Part shown: in pieces, positions 37,681 through 51,982 of the stretch
Position numbering within the stretch: position 1 is the first letter of the stretch
Layout of the letters: each line of letters begins with the position of its first letter
Assembly: GCA_964234715.1 (NCBI GenBank)
Contig: OZ174275.1
Reading direction: 5' to 3' (one strand)
Source of the DNA: Podarcis melisellensis
Taxonomy: Eukaryota
Length of the DNA stretch: 64,000 nt
Notes under the pieces: generated by a model
Databases searched by the model: none
The model's input: only the letters and a program-made list of their open reading frames with translations
Told to the model about the DNA's origin: nothing
Translations under genes and position numbers: made by a program

Positions 37681-39337
37681 GTCTCTCTGTACACGGGTCT
37701 TAATTAATTATTATTAATTAAGAATAATTAAATGAGGGTTGTGAGGCTTTGTATGTAGAAGAAGGTATTTGGTTCGGAGAACTCAAGCCTGTTTTCCCCA
37801 ATGTTTTTATAACTCCATCCAGCCATATATTTAACACCATAATTGGGATACAGTTGTTTTTTCCGGTCATCAGGATTGTACAGAATTGTGGACTGGTATA
37901 TGTTGGTGTGTGTGTGTGTGTTCTGTACCATGAAATTGCTTATTAGTTTTCTAAGCTGTGTGTGTTTGGTATGCTTTAAGGATTTGGACTTCACTGTGTA
38001 TTGCGAGGAGAGAGTATGGCAACTAAGAATAAATGGGTTATGGAGATAGAAGAAAGGTAGCTTGGAGAAGAGAGTGTGCTAAATAAAATACTGAAGCCCT
38101 ACTTAGCCCCCCCCCACCCCCCAATTCCAAGTTTTATTCGAAAATGGTTACTTTGCCCTCCCCACAACAAAACACATTGCAAGTTTGCAGCGAAGTACAC
38201 ATTTTAGATAAGTTAGTTTGATGCTTTCTGTCTGAAACATGGATAAAATTAAAATGCCACTTTGGTTATACTGTGCAAAACTGGATGTTGCAACTTCTAT
38301 AAGCCATGAGGTGATACAAAAAACGTCTTTCTGAGGAAAGTGACAACAGAGCATACGTTTTCATAAATCTTATCGGTTTTGCCTCTCTGCATAAACCTGT
38401 AGTATTTGAAATTTCAGTATTTCATGCTCACCTGTCCTCCTTTGTTTTTCTGTAAATCTCAAAGTAAATTCCACAAGTGCCTTTCACATTTGATTCAGAT
38501 TTTTAAACACTTAAAGAAATTTCCTAACATGTCACCTAAATATGTTTTCTTGCAGTTTATATTAACTGCTTCTTAGATCCAGAAAATATTTTTTCATTTA
38601 CTATTTTCTGGAAGCTTGTTAATATTTGAATACTGGCAGCATGTTAGTCCTATCTCAGTTCTTAAAAGGCAGATCCTTTTAGTTTGTCTTAATGTGACTT
38701 GCTTTCTAGACTGTTTATCACTTTTGTAGTTTTTCTCTGAATTCTCTTCTGCATATCATCATCTTTCTTTAACTGAGGTACAGTGTCTGGGTAAACATAA
38801 CACACTGAATGAAACTTCTCTGCTCAGCATTGCGTAGTACAAAAAGAACTACAGTACTTGGTACAAATCTAATGCAGATACAGCTCTCAGGATGGCATTG
38901 TACTTTGGAGCTGCATCATTGCCTTCATTGCTCATTTCATTTGTTTACATTTTTCTCAGAAGTGTTATTGAGTATTGGAACATCTGCTTTTATAATTGTG
39001 TATTGGATGGGTCTCGTATATACATTTTACATTTGACCTTGTTGAATTTTACTTCATTGTTAACTCCTCAGGTCTTCATTTTGAAACTATCTGGAGTTGT
39101 TTTGCTTTTCATCCAATATGTTTACTGTTACTCCCATTTGTGTTGTACTTGCAGATCTGAAAGAATGGATAACTAATTCATCCAAGTATTTTTTTTAAAA
39201 TAAACTTGCTGTTGTCACCACTAAAATTATTTGGTGATATACCCTAAAACACACAAATGGTTTTGTATGATAAAACCAAGCAATAGGCACAGGAAGAACC
39301 AGCAGAGCAAATATTTTAGATCTAAAACTGATAAATA

Positions 39338-39387
<50 letters not shown>
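39338..39387. repeat. (TTA)n microsatellite, probably a retroelement tail
   Basis: Direct read. Confidence 0.92.
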
Positions 39388-39388
<1 letters not shown>

Positions 39389-40068
39389 CATCTACCTTTT
39401 CATCAGACTGTCCCAAGGTGGCATACCACATTAAAAATAGATTAAAACAGATTGATGTTGCTAGTCCCCTCATAAAGCAAATGAAACTGAACTATAATTG
39501 CATTTTAATACAGTTTTAAAAAATATTTGTCTGTATATGCACAGTTGTAAAAGTTACAGGATTGAAATTTTTGAAGGGTAGTTATATAGCTGGCCTTCTA
39601 AGGGAAGCTGGGTGAGAAAATTTATGTTGAGCTTCCTTTAAGAATGAAATCTTGAAGGAAGTGCCGCTGAATTCTGTAGGATTTACCTTACTTCTGTAAT
39701 TCTGTATTCTGTAGGATTTACCTTACTTCTGTAGGAGTAACCTTACAGAGGATTGGAATGTTGCTTGATGAAGCTCCAGTAAGGCTGAATGGCCAAAAAG
39801 ACTGGGTTGTTAAAAAAAGAAATTAAACAAAGACATATCTACAGTATTATAATCTTAACTTTGAAACATAGGCAGGTGTACAGATAGATTCAAAAGGGTG
39901 AGCAAAAAATCATTACAAAAAAGGTCATGGAAAGTTTTATTTAATGTGAAATTGTCAAATAGCACTATTGTGCTCTTGACTGAGTATTTATGAGAGGCCC
40001 CTTTTGCAGAGATTGACAGTATTGTGGAGTGCCTTGTTTAGGGTTTTCTACTGCTGCAGTCCTTCAGA

Positions 40069-40286
40069 TAGGGGTGCCCAAACCTTTTTCAAAGAGGGCC
40101 GGATTTGATGACGTGAACATGCGTGAGGGCTGACCAAAGTTGTTGAGCTTTTTTTAACGATTTTATCCCAAAGTTGTTGAAGTTGTTTTTTAGGATTTGA
40201 CCCCAAGAAATAAACTGCCACAGGGGCCGAATTCAACCAGCCAGGGGGCTAGATGAGGCCCCCCCCACGGACTTTGGACATACCTG
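40069..40286. mobile_element. hAT/Charlie-like MITE
   Basis: TAGGGGTGCCCAAAC ... TTTGGACATACCTG termini; TSD degenerate. Confidence 0.65.
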
Positions 40287-43200
40287 CTTTAGAACAGACC
40301 ACACTAGTGCAGTTTGAGTGTCATTAAACCATATTTTAAAACAGACAACGGCTGCATGTGTTGGTTTGTGCTGCACAAAATTTCCCCCAGTGCCCTTTCC
40401 CCATTTCTGCCATGTTGCAGATGAGATCAGCTGGCATCTGTTTTGTCATATTTGAACCTGAGCTTATGGTTACTTCTCTTCAAACAAACCATGAATGGTA
40501 AATAAAGCCAAGAACAACTTTGGTTACCACTTTGGTTTGGAGAGAAGCAAACTGTGAGTCCGGGTTTGGACAACACAACAAGCTAAGCTCTCTGTCTTGT
40601 TTCATTTTCAATGTAACAGAATGCTGTGGACTCTTCTGAACAGTGTGCACCAGCACGTTACTCAATCACATTACAACATCATTAGTTTAAAGTATGGTTT
40701 AGGGTGATGTGTAAACTGGGCCATTGTGTAGTACTACTGCAGTCTAACAATGTAATGTGTATATTACATTGTATAATATATAGTTTTCACAAGGCCTTGT
40801 CTCTCAGAATGTTCTTTCTGAGTTGACAAGTTCCAGTCTGTGTTCTGTTGCCTTAACCCAACTCAGCAAAGTGCTATTAAAAGTGTGCTTACTAGAATGA
40901 GCGTTTTATTATCTCTTTTTCATTTTGTCTTCGTCATTTTTGCCACTGTGAAGTATAACCCAAACTTACTTTCCCTCCTTCATGTCTTCTTCAGATTGTC
41001 ATTCAGGAATGCACTAGTTCCAAACCTGCCAAGTTCTATCATCTGTGGACCTACTTTTCCTTTGTTTTGGTAAGAAAAATCTTAGACCTATTCTTTGATC
41101 TTTTATGTATTGAGTTGCATTGTAAACAACTGGACAGTCTCATCAATTCACATTCAGTTAACATAAATTTTAGGCTTGAGAAACTACATGGTAAGTATCC
41201 CCCTTGAGTATAGGAGCTGGCTTTTTCTGCATTCATTCTTTGTAGATTTTAAAAAAAGATTCTCCTTTTCTTAACCATGTGAGCATCATCATTCAGACTT
41301 AAAAAGAGATGCATTGTTTTTCGTGTTTTCTCTGTTGGCTTGAGCCTGACTTTAAGAACTTTCCTCCCTTTTAAAAAAAGTACTATATATAACTCATTTA
41401 ACTTGAGTAGTCCCTATTAAAAATAAATTTAACTTGAGTAGTCCCTATTAAAAATAAATAAATAAATAAATAAAGCAGAATCGGTTCTTCAAATGTTGCA
41501 AAACTTATTTGGGAAGTAGGGGAGAAAATTATTTGGCAAGTGTGTGTGTGTGTATGTGGGGAGTTTAGTATCATTACCAAATTCTCGTGATTCAGCAAAC
41601 TTCTATAGCAAATGGTAGGACCAAGTTTCCCCTGACTTTTGTCTCTGAGGAGAAGATGGCATTTCAGACTATAATGATGTAAATGTGCATCCAAATGTGC
41701 ATCCACAGCAGGAACATCTTGGCACATTTTAAAACTAGCTTTTGCTATTGCAACATTGATTTTCTCTCAGAAAACTCAAAATTGACCAGGCCTGCACTTA
41801 GCTGATAAGAGAAAACTTATTGTACTTCACAGTTTGGTAGGAACTTGTTTCTCAAACTGAGAGTGCCAAACCACAGCAGAGACATTGCATGTGGTTCCAC
41901 AGAAATAAAACTTGCCTATTATGACCTATTACATGGATACAGATGCATGGATTGTATGAACTGAAATGGGACAATTAGTTGCAGCCCTCCAGCTTTTTAA
42001 TACAAAGGCCTTTGGAAAATACATTCTCATATGTGGGAATATGACTTCCCTCCCTTTTTCTCTAGAGTTGAGGCACTTGCAAGAAGTGGTACTGGAACTA
42101 ACCTAACTCCCACTGTGCCAGAGGCTTTGATTGTTTTATTGTTCACTCATCTCTAGCATATGCTTCAACTGAAGTAGTGTCCACAGTTCAGAAACTATAA
42201 TAAAACGTGGTTAAAACCAACCAATGTAACAAGATATTAAAGACATGTAAAGCAGCTGCTGAAAGTAAATTAGCTCAAGAACAGATCTACAGCTGCTGCT
42301 ATTTTAGCCCATCAAAAGCACCTTCTTAAATATTCACTGCCTGTGAACAGTCATCAAAGTAGGGGCAAAAGAGACTATTGTTAGACTGAATGGTACAGTG
42401 GAGAAGACCTGGATCTGTGCCTTTCTATTTCACATGTGTGTAAGAAGGGACATGAACAGAGTCTCCCCAGCAGGTTGGGAAATTAGAGATGGGGAGGTAT
42501 TTATGGAGGAAGAGACTTTCACTGGTATGTAGGATCAAAGCTGTACACTGCTTTAAAACTCAGAACCAGCACTTTAAATTGGGCCTGGAAGCAAATAGGC
42601 AGATAGTGCAACTGATAAAACAGGAATAATATGTTCTTTATAAAGTGTACCCATCATAAGGTGAACGGTTGGCTCTTGCACCATCTGCATCTTTCAAACA
42701 GGAGGCAGTCCTGTGTAGAGTTCATGGCAGTAATCCAAATAGGTTACAAATGACAGAGGCTAGGTGCCAGTTTGAGATGAGCAGCCAAAATTCCCTCAGA
42801 TGTTACTAATAAAGTATATTAGGGAATTTGAACACTTGTTCACATACATACAGATATCTGCTATTTTGCTGCCTATTCTCAGTGCTGTGAACAGTTTATT
42901 AAAAAAAATACTTTCTTTTCCACCTTTGGATCCAGAAGGATTTTCAAGGTGGCTTATATAAAATAATGGAGTATAATTGCGTTAGGGCTGCTTCTGCGCC
43001 TTGCAACATGTGCTGTTCTACAGGCAGTACTACAAGTTCTTCCAAAACAGTTTTCATTACCTCATTCTTTCCTTTCATCCTGCAGAATGCAGCTCCCATG
43101 CTTATATCTAGGGCAGCAAGATGGAATCATGTATAACCAATCCTAAAAACTGCACTGGTGGTTTGTGTTCCACTGGGCCTAATTCAAGTTATTAGTAATG

Positions 43201-43782
43201 GCTTGCGAAGTCTTCAACAACTCAAACCTCCATTTCCTGCCAACTTGATCCTTAAGATTAGCAATGGGAGGCTATTGCAGCCCCCCATCGCGATTTGGGG
43301 AGCAAGGATCTATAGAAGGGCCTTCTCCATAGTGGGACCCGAATTCTGGAATTACCCCCATAGGTATGCCTGTTGCCCCCACTTTGGTTTTCAGACGTCA
43401 ATTAAAGACATTTTAATTCATCTAGGCTTTTGTAGTTTAAATGTTTAACCCTTGGCAACAGTACTGTAACCAGTGTTTTAATGAGTTAATAATTGTTTTG
43501 TTGGTACATTTTTACTGTGTGTGTTATGATGGATATATGTTTGTACATCACCCTGGGCTCCTTTGGAGGAATGATGACAAACAAACAAACAATAGAATGG
43601 CATCTCATTCTCATGGTTGGCAAGTGATTGGTCCTTTGTCTGGTTTCATGCTTATTATTCTCTTTCCCAGGACTCTAGGACTTGTTGCTGAGCAGGGGCA
43701 GAGAGGGAGGATCCAAGTGCAGCAGCTGTACATTGGGTCATCCACTAAGCAATAGTAGTTGGTCCTGTAACCTTTCTCAGTA

Positions 43783-43988
43783 CAGTGGTACCTCGGGTTA
43801 CAACACTTTGGGTTACAGACTCCACTAACTCAGAAATAGTACCTCAACTTTACCTGAGGATGAGAACAGAAATCGCGCGGTGGCAGCGGGAGGCCCCATT
43901 AGTTAAAGTGGTACCTCAGGTTAAGAATGGTTTCAGGTTAAGAACAGACCTCCGGAACGAATTAAGTTCGTAACCAGAGGTACCATTG
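43783..43988. mobile_element. Same MITE, copy 3
   Basis: TIRs and TA flanks; internal deletion. Confidence 0.88.
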
Positions 43989-45188
43989 TATACTTTTAGA
44001 CTTGCATTTCTTTGAAACGCTGCTAATTATTTTCATACAAAATGCCATTAATGCACAATTTCACTGTTCAGATGCTTTTGCAGGTTACAATTCATTCATT
44101 CATTCATTTGGAGTATTTACACCCCACCTACTAACCAAAGTAAGCAACTTACAATGTATTTAAAATATAGCAAAATAGGCAAGAGTTACCAGACAGGCAA
44201 AAGTGTTACCACATTCCCCCACCCCCAAATGTCCCTGCTACTACTTTGTTTTTGAAAATTTGGGCTAGAGCAGATCTAATGTTGGTTAATAAGAAAAAGG
44301 TCCAGTTCAGAGCTTTGAGGTGCACACCTCTGTTCATCACTGTAAATTAATGGTTACCTTCTGCTTACTATCTCTAGAGCCATTTACTGCTCATGTTCTT
44401 GTTGTCTTGTACTTTTATTACTGAAGAGCTATAGGACTCTAAATTTGATTTGCTTTCATTAGCTAATCCAGTTGCTCACAGAATGTTGTAAGACGTCTTT
44501 GAGGAAAACAAGAAAGCAGATGCTGTTGCAATCTGTGTGAAACTACTGGGACCTGTTTTGGCTATTGGTAGTTTATGCTAATACTGGCCTGCTGCTGTGG
44601 ACCTTAAAACAGTGGGTTATAGCTTCAAAATAACAAATGAACTTCATTGCATTAAAGAGTTATGGCAAGAAGCATGTTCTGATAAGGGAATTAAGTTATG
44701 CATGACAGGAAAATGAAATGTTGCTGGAATTTTATTGTTTAAAATTTGCAGTTTCTTCCATTTGGTTGAGTGAAATTGAGGTGCTCAGCCTCTTATTTAA
44801 CTTTAGAGGACCTTGGTGGGCACAATTGCCTTGGAAGTACCAACTGCTAGCAGGGGACAACTGGCCTTCATCATGGGGCTGAGTGAGTTCCAGCTGCTCG
44901 CCTCTACTACTATGCCTCAAAGGACCTGCTGCCTGGCAACTGCCAGCAAGAAAATACTGCTTCCCTCATGGAATGAGCAAGAGCCAGCTGCTCGGCCATG
45001 CTCCTTTGCCTCAAGATTTTAGTGAGGGCTGTTCCTGGTATGACACCATGGAAGAGCAAGGATGCAAGCAGAAAATGCTTCCTAAATAATTCTGGTTCCA
45101 TGCAGTTACTGTGTAGTTTTTATTTCTGTAAGCCACTTTGAGAGCATATCAGGGAGCATCTTGGGATTATAGAATGGGGATTGAAGTA

Positions 45189-45405
45189 CGGTGGTACCTC
45201 AGGTTACAGACACTTCAGGTTATAGACTCCTCTAATCCAGAAATAGTACCTCGGGTAAAGAAATTTGCTTCAGGATGAGAACAGAAATCGTGCAGTGGCG
45301 GCGTGGTAGGCCCCATTAGCTAAAGTGGTATCTCAGGTTAAGAACAGTTTCTGGTTAAGAACGGACCTCCAGAATGAATTAAGTTCTTAATCCGAGGTAC
45401 CACTG
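45189..45405. mobile_element. Same MITE, copy 4
   Basis: TIRs and shared internal GGATGAGAACAGAAATCG / GGCCCCATTAG. Confidence 0.88.
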
Positions 45406-46055
45406 CATTCTAAATAATAGTAAATATGGATAGGGATCTTCACTCTCTCTTGTAATGTGATGATTTATTCTCTGTTATTAGGGGACAGTTGGTCTGCTTC
45501 TCCCTGTGTTCTAAAAGTGGCTATAAGAATAAAAGGACAACTTTCCAGTAGGAATTTTGCAGCTTGTGGGGCAGCTTTTGATTTTTATGGCAAGGATTTA
45601 TTGGGTACAGTAAATGCTGTCAGGGAGTGTGGAGGTTAGCAATTTCTCAGTGCAATACTGCCTTGCCAGGTCATCCTTGTTCTGGTCCCCCCCCCCTTTA
45701 TAGCCATTTATATAGCTGATGAATGCTGTATTGTGACAAGTGTCTTGGGTTTAACCTTGTGTAAATTGCCACTTTTGACCTGATATTAATATGGATACTA
45801 CAATATGCTCTGAGATACGGATGTCTGAGATGTGTGCAACACAATTATAAACACATTTACTGAGAGGTAAGCCTCATGACCCTCAATGACTTATACTTCC
45901 TATTAAATATGGTTAGAATTGCAGCCATGCAACCCATGCCAGTGTTTTCGGTTGATTGTTCAGATTTCATGTTGGTCTTGCTCTTTCTGTGTTGAACAAG
46001 TTCATGGATTACACAAAACAAATAAAGTAGAAAGACATAGGATTTAAGTTTGAAA

Positions 46056-46415
46056 TAGGGATAGCCAATGTGGTGCTCTCCAGATGTTCTGGGCTCCAGT
46101 TCCCATTGGCCTCAGCCAGCATGGCCAATGGTCAATGTTGATGAAAGTATAGTTCAAAAACAAATGGAGGGCATCACATTCACTACCCATGTCTATTAGT
46201 GAAAGAGGCTTGGATTAGTCAATAATTACAGCAAAAGATATTAAGATTACTGATTGCTGAATGTTTCCTGCAGAGCAGGGGTAGCCAACATGGTGCTCTC
46301 CAGATGTTGTGAACTGCAACTCCCCATTGTTTCTCACCTTTGGGCATGCTAGCTGGGACTAATGGCAGCTGTAGTCCACAACATATGGAGGGCGCCATCT
46401 TGGTTACCACACCTG
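46056..46415. mobile_element. Two tandem copies of a short hAT-like MITE (other copies at ~4385-4510, ~50175-50305)
   Basis: CAGGGGTAGCCAAC..GGTGCTCTCCAGATGTT...GGAGGGC...TTACC; repeated four times in window. Confidence 0.7.
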
Positions 46416-48059
46416 TGTGTTTGGTATCCCTCAACCTTTTGTTGCTGTTTCTGATTCATTGTATGCTTTGTGATACTCTCGGTTTACAGCAACATTGATT
46501 TCCCCTTTCCTACCTTTGTTCACTAAATAAATGTGGGCTGATTGGGTAAGTTGCACATGAAGAGCATTGGAAACATGCATGATATGAATTGGAGTCTTAT
46601 GCTCTCAAGTGAGCCAAGGCTCTTCCATGTGCTTCTGTTAACTTATCCTTAATTTGTATTACCTGTTCCCAGGTGTGTGGGAGCCTTGATTTGCACCATC
46701 AAAAACCTGGTGGAAAAGGAAAGTGTTTACTTGGTGCCAAAAGTATGTCAATAAAGGTATCAAATGGACCTTACTTAGAGATCAAGGCAGGGCTCATTAT
46801 ATGGTTGGATGGATTATTTTGGGTTCCAGGCAAGACATTCATGAGCTGAGGCACTTTGGATTTTTTTCAAGTTCTTCCAAGTATTAAGTATTAAGTACTG
46901 GGGTGCTCCATGACATCCCATGCTTCTTCCTCAGAGGAGGTCTCTGGTGTTTTTGTTGGCAACTGGCATCTGCATTCATTTATTCTGCTCTTGATTAAAC
47001 AGGCTTTCACACAATTGCTAGAACTGTTCTGTATGTACCTGGAGTTGAAAGCAGTAGAAACACTTTTCCAAAATCTGATAAACATTACCAGGTAGATATC
47101 TAGCATTCTTTCAGAATATTGATGAGTGAAACCAATGTATAATAGTGATGGGATATCCCTTGGAATGTCCAGGGCACACTCTCATGCCAGATCAGATTCC
47201 CAAAGGGGTTGATGTATGTGTATTTGCTTTTGAAGTGGGAAGAAAAAGTGTGAGTGACTCCAACTTCTTCCTATTATGGAACAAGTGTGAAGGGGGAGTT
47301 TTCTCTGTTCCCAATTTGCACAAGGAATAGAAACAGGACATGAGGAAGTGCAGTTGTAAATGGTTGAGGATAGAATGAACACATTAATCTTCTGCATAAT
47401 AGTATTCGTATTTTCTTTGTAAAAGGTTTACTTAGATTAAATCTTAAAGATGACTGGCTTTACCCATGTGATCATACAGTTGCGTAATTCTTTTAAAAAT
47501 TAAAAACATCAGTATTTGAAACAAATTAAGCCCATTCAGAGCACCATCACCCCCGGGGCCAGTCATAAAGGAAGAAAGAAAAACCACTCTCAGATTGCAC
47601 TCAGAATGGATTATGAAAGTTAATCAAATGTATACACATTAACTTTATGTAAACTTGATTTATTACACTGGTGAGCAAAGCAATTCCTCAAGAAAATTCC
47701 CTTGAGAACTCTCTCTCTTAACTTTCCTTAGTAAGGAAAGTTTCTTTTCTTGCAATTGATTAAAAATATCCGTCTTGGTAAGCAGCTGTTGTCTTGGGTC
47801 AGCAGTCTGGAAGTTGTTCTCAGTAAAGTAAAATTTGTAATGAGAACTCCCCAGTTTCATATTATGCCTTTTTAGTTTGTAGTATTTGATGAGACCTGCT
47901 TTCGTAAATCCAGTTGATAGTGTGCTTGACCTGGAAATAACTTCACATCCAACTTGGTGGTGTATTTGCTATGTGATTTGGGTTATGTCACTTTTTTCGG
48001 CCTGTGACATAACTCATATGGTGAGTTTTATGATGACAGGAAGTGATTTAGCAGCAGTA

Positions 48060-48321
48060 CAGTGGTACCTCGGGTTACATACGCTTCAGGTTACGCATGA
48101 TTCAGGTTTGCTAACCCAGAAATAGTGTTCACACTTTGCTAACCCAGAAATAGTGTTTCAGGTTAAGAACTTTGCTTCAGGATATGAACAGAAATTGTGC
48201 TCTGGCGGCGCAGCAGCAGCAGGAGGCCCCATTAGTTAAAGTGGTGCTTCAGGTTAAGAACAGCTTCAGGTTAAGAATGGACCTCCGGAACGAATTAAGT
48301 ACTTAACCTGAGGTACCACTG
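48060..48321. mobile_element. Same MITE, copy 5 (internal tandem duplication)
   Basis: TIRs, TA flanks; TTTGCTAACCCAGAAATAGTGTT duplicated. Confidence 0.88.
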
Positions 48322-48961
48322 TAAATGTAATCTGTTTATGTTCTATCTTTCTCAAAGATAGGTTTTTTAAAGCTGAAACTGTCTTGACTGGAAAATACTT
48401 TTATTCTAAATACTACAAAATACATTTGAAAATGAAATTGCTACAAATCAATTCTTACGAAGAGTTATTTAAAAAAAGTTTGACAAGAGTATCCATGTAG
48501 TGAAGTGAACATGAATCAGGTGTTCAGTGAACCATAGCTAATAAGAGAGTGACTTGCTGTTTGTTAAATCTCCAACCACACAAAGTTTTTCTTGTAAGAC
48601 TTTGCAGGCCATCTACTATGTGTTAGATTTGCCATGAAAATGCTGGACCTGGGCCCATCATTCTGCAACCTGAGGAAGATCTGTCTTGAATGTGCTGCAA
48701 TTACAGTGGTCTCTCTTGAGAATCTGATGATGATAATAGTAATGCTGTGTTGGTGGGGATGGAATGTTAACAATTGCACAGAGAGATACCAATTTGTATT
48801 GACCTCTTGGAAACTTCTGACTTGGGTTCCTTGAAATATATCTTCACTATCTAGATTTCCATGAGGACAGCCTTGCAAGGAGTGGATGGCACTTGTGTAG
48901 ATTATTGGCGCTTGTGATCTGGTGTCTCTCGGTGACTCATTCCCCTGAGACAGTAAAAGCC

Positions 48962-49096
48962 ATGAAGGTTGTACCAGAGAAGAATGCTGTTCGAATCCTT
49001 TGGGGCCGAGAACGGGGCACGCAAGCTTTGGGAGCACAGCGTCTTCTGCAGGAGTTGGTAGAAGACAAAACCCGTTGGATGAAATGGGAGGGCAAG
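48962..49096 (+). CDS. AMBRA1: AMBRA1 coding exon 1 ([19 protein letters not shown]...WMKWEGK)
   Basis: GCCATG start, donor GTAAAG; probable acceptor at 48854. Confidence 0.96.
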
Positions 49097-49572
49097 GTAA
49101 AGCTCCTTATGACACACTTACAAGTCAACTGAACTTAGGAAGCTGCCTTGCACAAAATCAGAACATTGGTTCATCTAGGTCAGCATTGTCTACACTGACA
49201 CTACTTTAGGGTTCCCTATGTGGGTCTTACCCAGTCCTACCTGCACATACAGTGATCTAGGATAGTTTGGCATACAAAGCAAGTTCTTAACCATGGAGCT
49301 TCAGGCTGTATATTGCACTTCTGCCTGTGGGTAATTCGAGTTATATATACTTCTTAGGTTTCTGAATTTGTATTAAATATTTTTATCTGGTATGTGCCAG
49401 ATTCAGAATAAATGGATAGAACCTTTTAAAATTGTTATAACCCTTTGATACTCCTGGAACAATTGTGCAAAAGTATCATTTCTTCTATCAAACTTCACAC
49501 GAGGGAGGGGTACTGGTATACTTCACTGATACTTTGAGCTCAGAAAATGTTTTGTGCTCTTTTGACTTTCAG

Positions 49573-49631
49573 AAGGTTGAGTTGCCAGACAGTCCACGCT
49601 CCACCTTTCTACTGGCATTCAGTCCAGACAG
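49573..49631 (+). CDS. AMBRA1: AMBRA1 coding exon 2 (KVELPDSPRSTFLLAFSPDR)
   Basis: 59 nt, tttcag / gtacac; tandem CAGAAG acceptor. Confidence 0.94.
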
Positions 49632-50952
49632 GTACACACCTATGTATATATTTTCTGTTCTCTTTTTATTTAATTATTATTTATTTTATGTTCCCTTTTA
49701 TCTGTTAGAAAGATTTGTGAAGAGAAATGTTCCTCAGCATACCTGTGAGAGCTTCCAAAGAGTCTTTCAGCTTCGCTATACCAAGTGCTGCTCACTCTTT
49801 TGATTATTTGAAACTACTTGTGTACATGGAATACTCTTTTTGAACTATGATAATGACAGAATGTAGACTTGCAAAGAACTTGGTAGCAGGAGATGTTCAT
49901 ATAAACTGGTGAAATGCTTGTTGTGTTGGTTGGTTCAGGGACCCTACAGGGAAGGGGCGAAGTCCTTGAGAGCCCTGTGCAGGTTTTGTCCCTACTGTGG
50001 TAGTATCAATTTTCCTTTAGTGAATACAGCTTTTGCTCCTCCACCCTCTCACATGTCATTGTAGTCCGCTTGCTTTTTGTTTCATAGAACAGTATGCAAG
50101 GCAGAGCCAATGAAAACTTACTCCATCCCTGTTTGCATAGTCACCTCATGTTTTGTTTTAATTGGTCACCCCAGAGCAGGGGTAACCAACATGGTGTCCT
50201 TGAGGTTGTCCCTATTATCCCTGACTATCAGCTATGCTGGTTGAGACTAGAGATAGTTTGGAGTCCAGGAGCATTTGGAGAGCATTACATTGATTACCCT
50301 TTTTCTAGAGTGTGACAGATGAGAACCAGGAATTGGCTTTCATATACAAGAGAGCTTAGGGCCTGGCCACTGTCCAAATGTACCACAAGCAAGATTGTTG
50401 CAGTGCATATCAGAAAGAAGTGATGTTTGAAAATTGGGAGTAACTCACCCTGTAGGGATGGTATGGTATAGATATTAAGGTGGAAAGCACAATTTGGAGA
50501 ACCTATCATTTTATGAGCATTTGACCAGTTAAAAAATATAGCTGAGTATATTACTCTACTATTCTTGAGTAATGGTTAAGTCTTTTTGGAGTATTTACTG
50601 TATTAGAATGACAAAAATGTACTTTAATTATTAACAGGTAACTATTCTCTTACCTGTTAATCTTGGAAATATAATTATTAACTTTTAACAATCTTATGTA
50701 AGCTTTCTAAAACTCAAGTATGTGTGCTGTGAGGCTGGTTAGATTGAAGTATCATTGACTTATTTTTAGAAAGTTGGTCTTGGAGCTGTGATGTCTTGGT
50801 GGTTTGGGTGTTGGGCTTGACAGCCAATGAGGCATATCTGTACAGGTTCATATTTTTCTCTCCTCTGTTTCTGCATCCAAAATTGCTTGCTAAACAACCT
50901 TCTCTTCCCATCCTCCCTCCCCTTCTTTTATGTTGCTTTTTAATTTCCCCAG

Positions 50953-51136
50953 GACCCTTATGGCTTCTACTCATGTGAATCACAATATTTACATCACTGA
51001 GGTGAAAACGGGCAAATGTGTTCACTCTCTAGTTGGGCATCGACGCACACCATGGTGTGTAACCTTTCATCCTACCATTCCAGGGCTTATTGCTTCAGGG
51101 TGCCTTGATGGAGAGGTTAGAATCTGGGATTTGCAC
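50953..51136 (+). CDS. AMBRA1: AMBRA1 coding exon 3 ([17 protein letters not shown]...VRIWDLH), WD40
   Basis: 184 nt, ccccag / gtaagt. Confidence 0.96.
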
Positions 51137-51809
51137 GTAAGTTCCTTTTAATGCTCTTTACCTCACTCAATGCCAGGCTAATCCATGCATTGCCACACTG
51201 GTGTGGCACCTTCTTCACTGTAGCATCTTCTCATATTATTCTGGTAATAGGGATAAACCCAAATACATGGTTCCATCCCTCCAAATATCACCTGTTTACC
51301 TTACTGTTATGGATTTGTTTTATTTTCTGATCATGAAATGCCAACTCTGCCAGTTGAGAGCCTTATTGGCAGGCTGTAGTAGAAATCTTGTGCTAGTTAA
51401 TGATAAAGCCTTTGGATGACCTATAATTATTTCTGCAAACATTTCAGTGAAAGATTACTGTAGGTTTCAAGAATTAAAAAATGCTTTCTAGTAGTACTGT
51501 AGTGTGTCATGACCTTTATCCATACTAATGTTGAAGGGCTGAAATGTTTCTACATAATCAAATTCTTTTAATTACTCTGGAACATTCAGTGAGTCTCAAA
51601 CAGCCTATACAAACAGTATATAATGATTTTCCTGTAATTAGTGAGACAAAGGTCTTTAAAATTTGGCTATGCAGTTGGGGGTGATATAAAACGGAAGCAC
51701 ATGTGATGATGCTTGTGATATAAATCTAGGTCACCATATAGTGTATATGGGATCCTGTTTGGAATTACTGTGTTTCAGTACCATTGACCATAGATTGGTT
51801 TGCTCCCAG

Positions 51810-51982
51810 GGTGGAAGTGAGAGCTGGTTTACAGATAGCAACAATGCCATAGCATCTTTGGCTTTCCATCCAACGGCCCAGCTCCTGCTAATTGCAACAG
51901 CCAATGAGATCCACTTCTGGGACTGGAGTCGCCGGGAGCCTTTTGCAGTTGTGAAAACAGCCAGTGAAATGGAGAGAGTCCG
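51810..51982 (+). CDS. AMBRA1: AMBRA1 coding exon 4 ([21 protein letters not shown]...EMERVR), WD40
   Basis: 173 nt, tcccag / gtgagt. Confidence 0.96.

Noticed and set aside
41397-41474. 31-bp tandem duplication plus (TAAA)n; similar small duplications at ~39671-39733 and ~32326-32363
   Set aside because: Ordinary slippage duplications; no spacers, not CRISPR-like.
46640-46680. TATCCTTAAT U12-like motif before CCCAG|GTGTGT
   Set aside because: No matching U12 donor found and the regenerated donor is weak.
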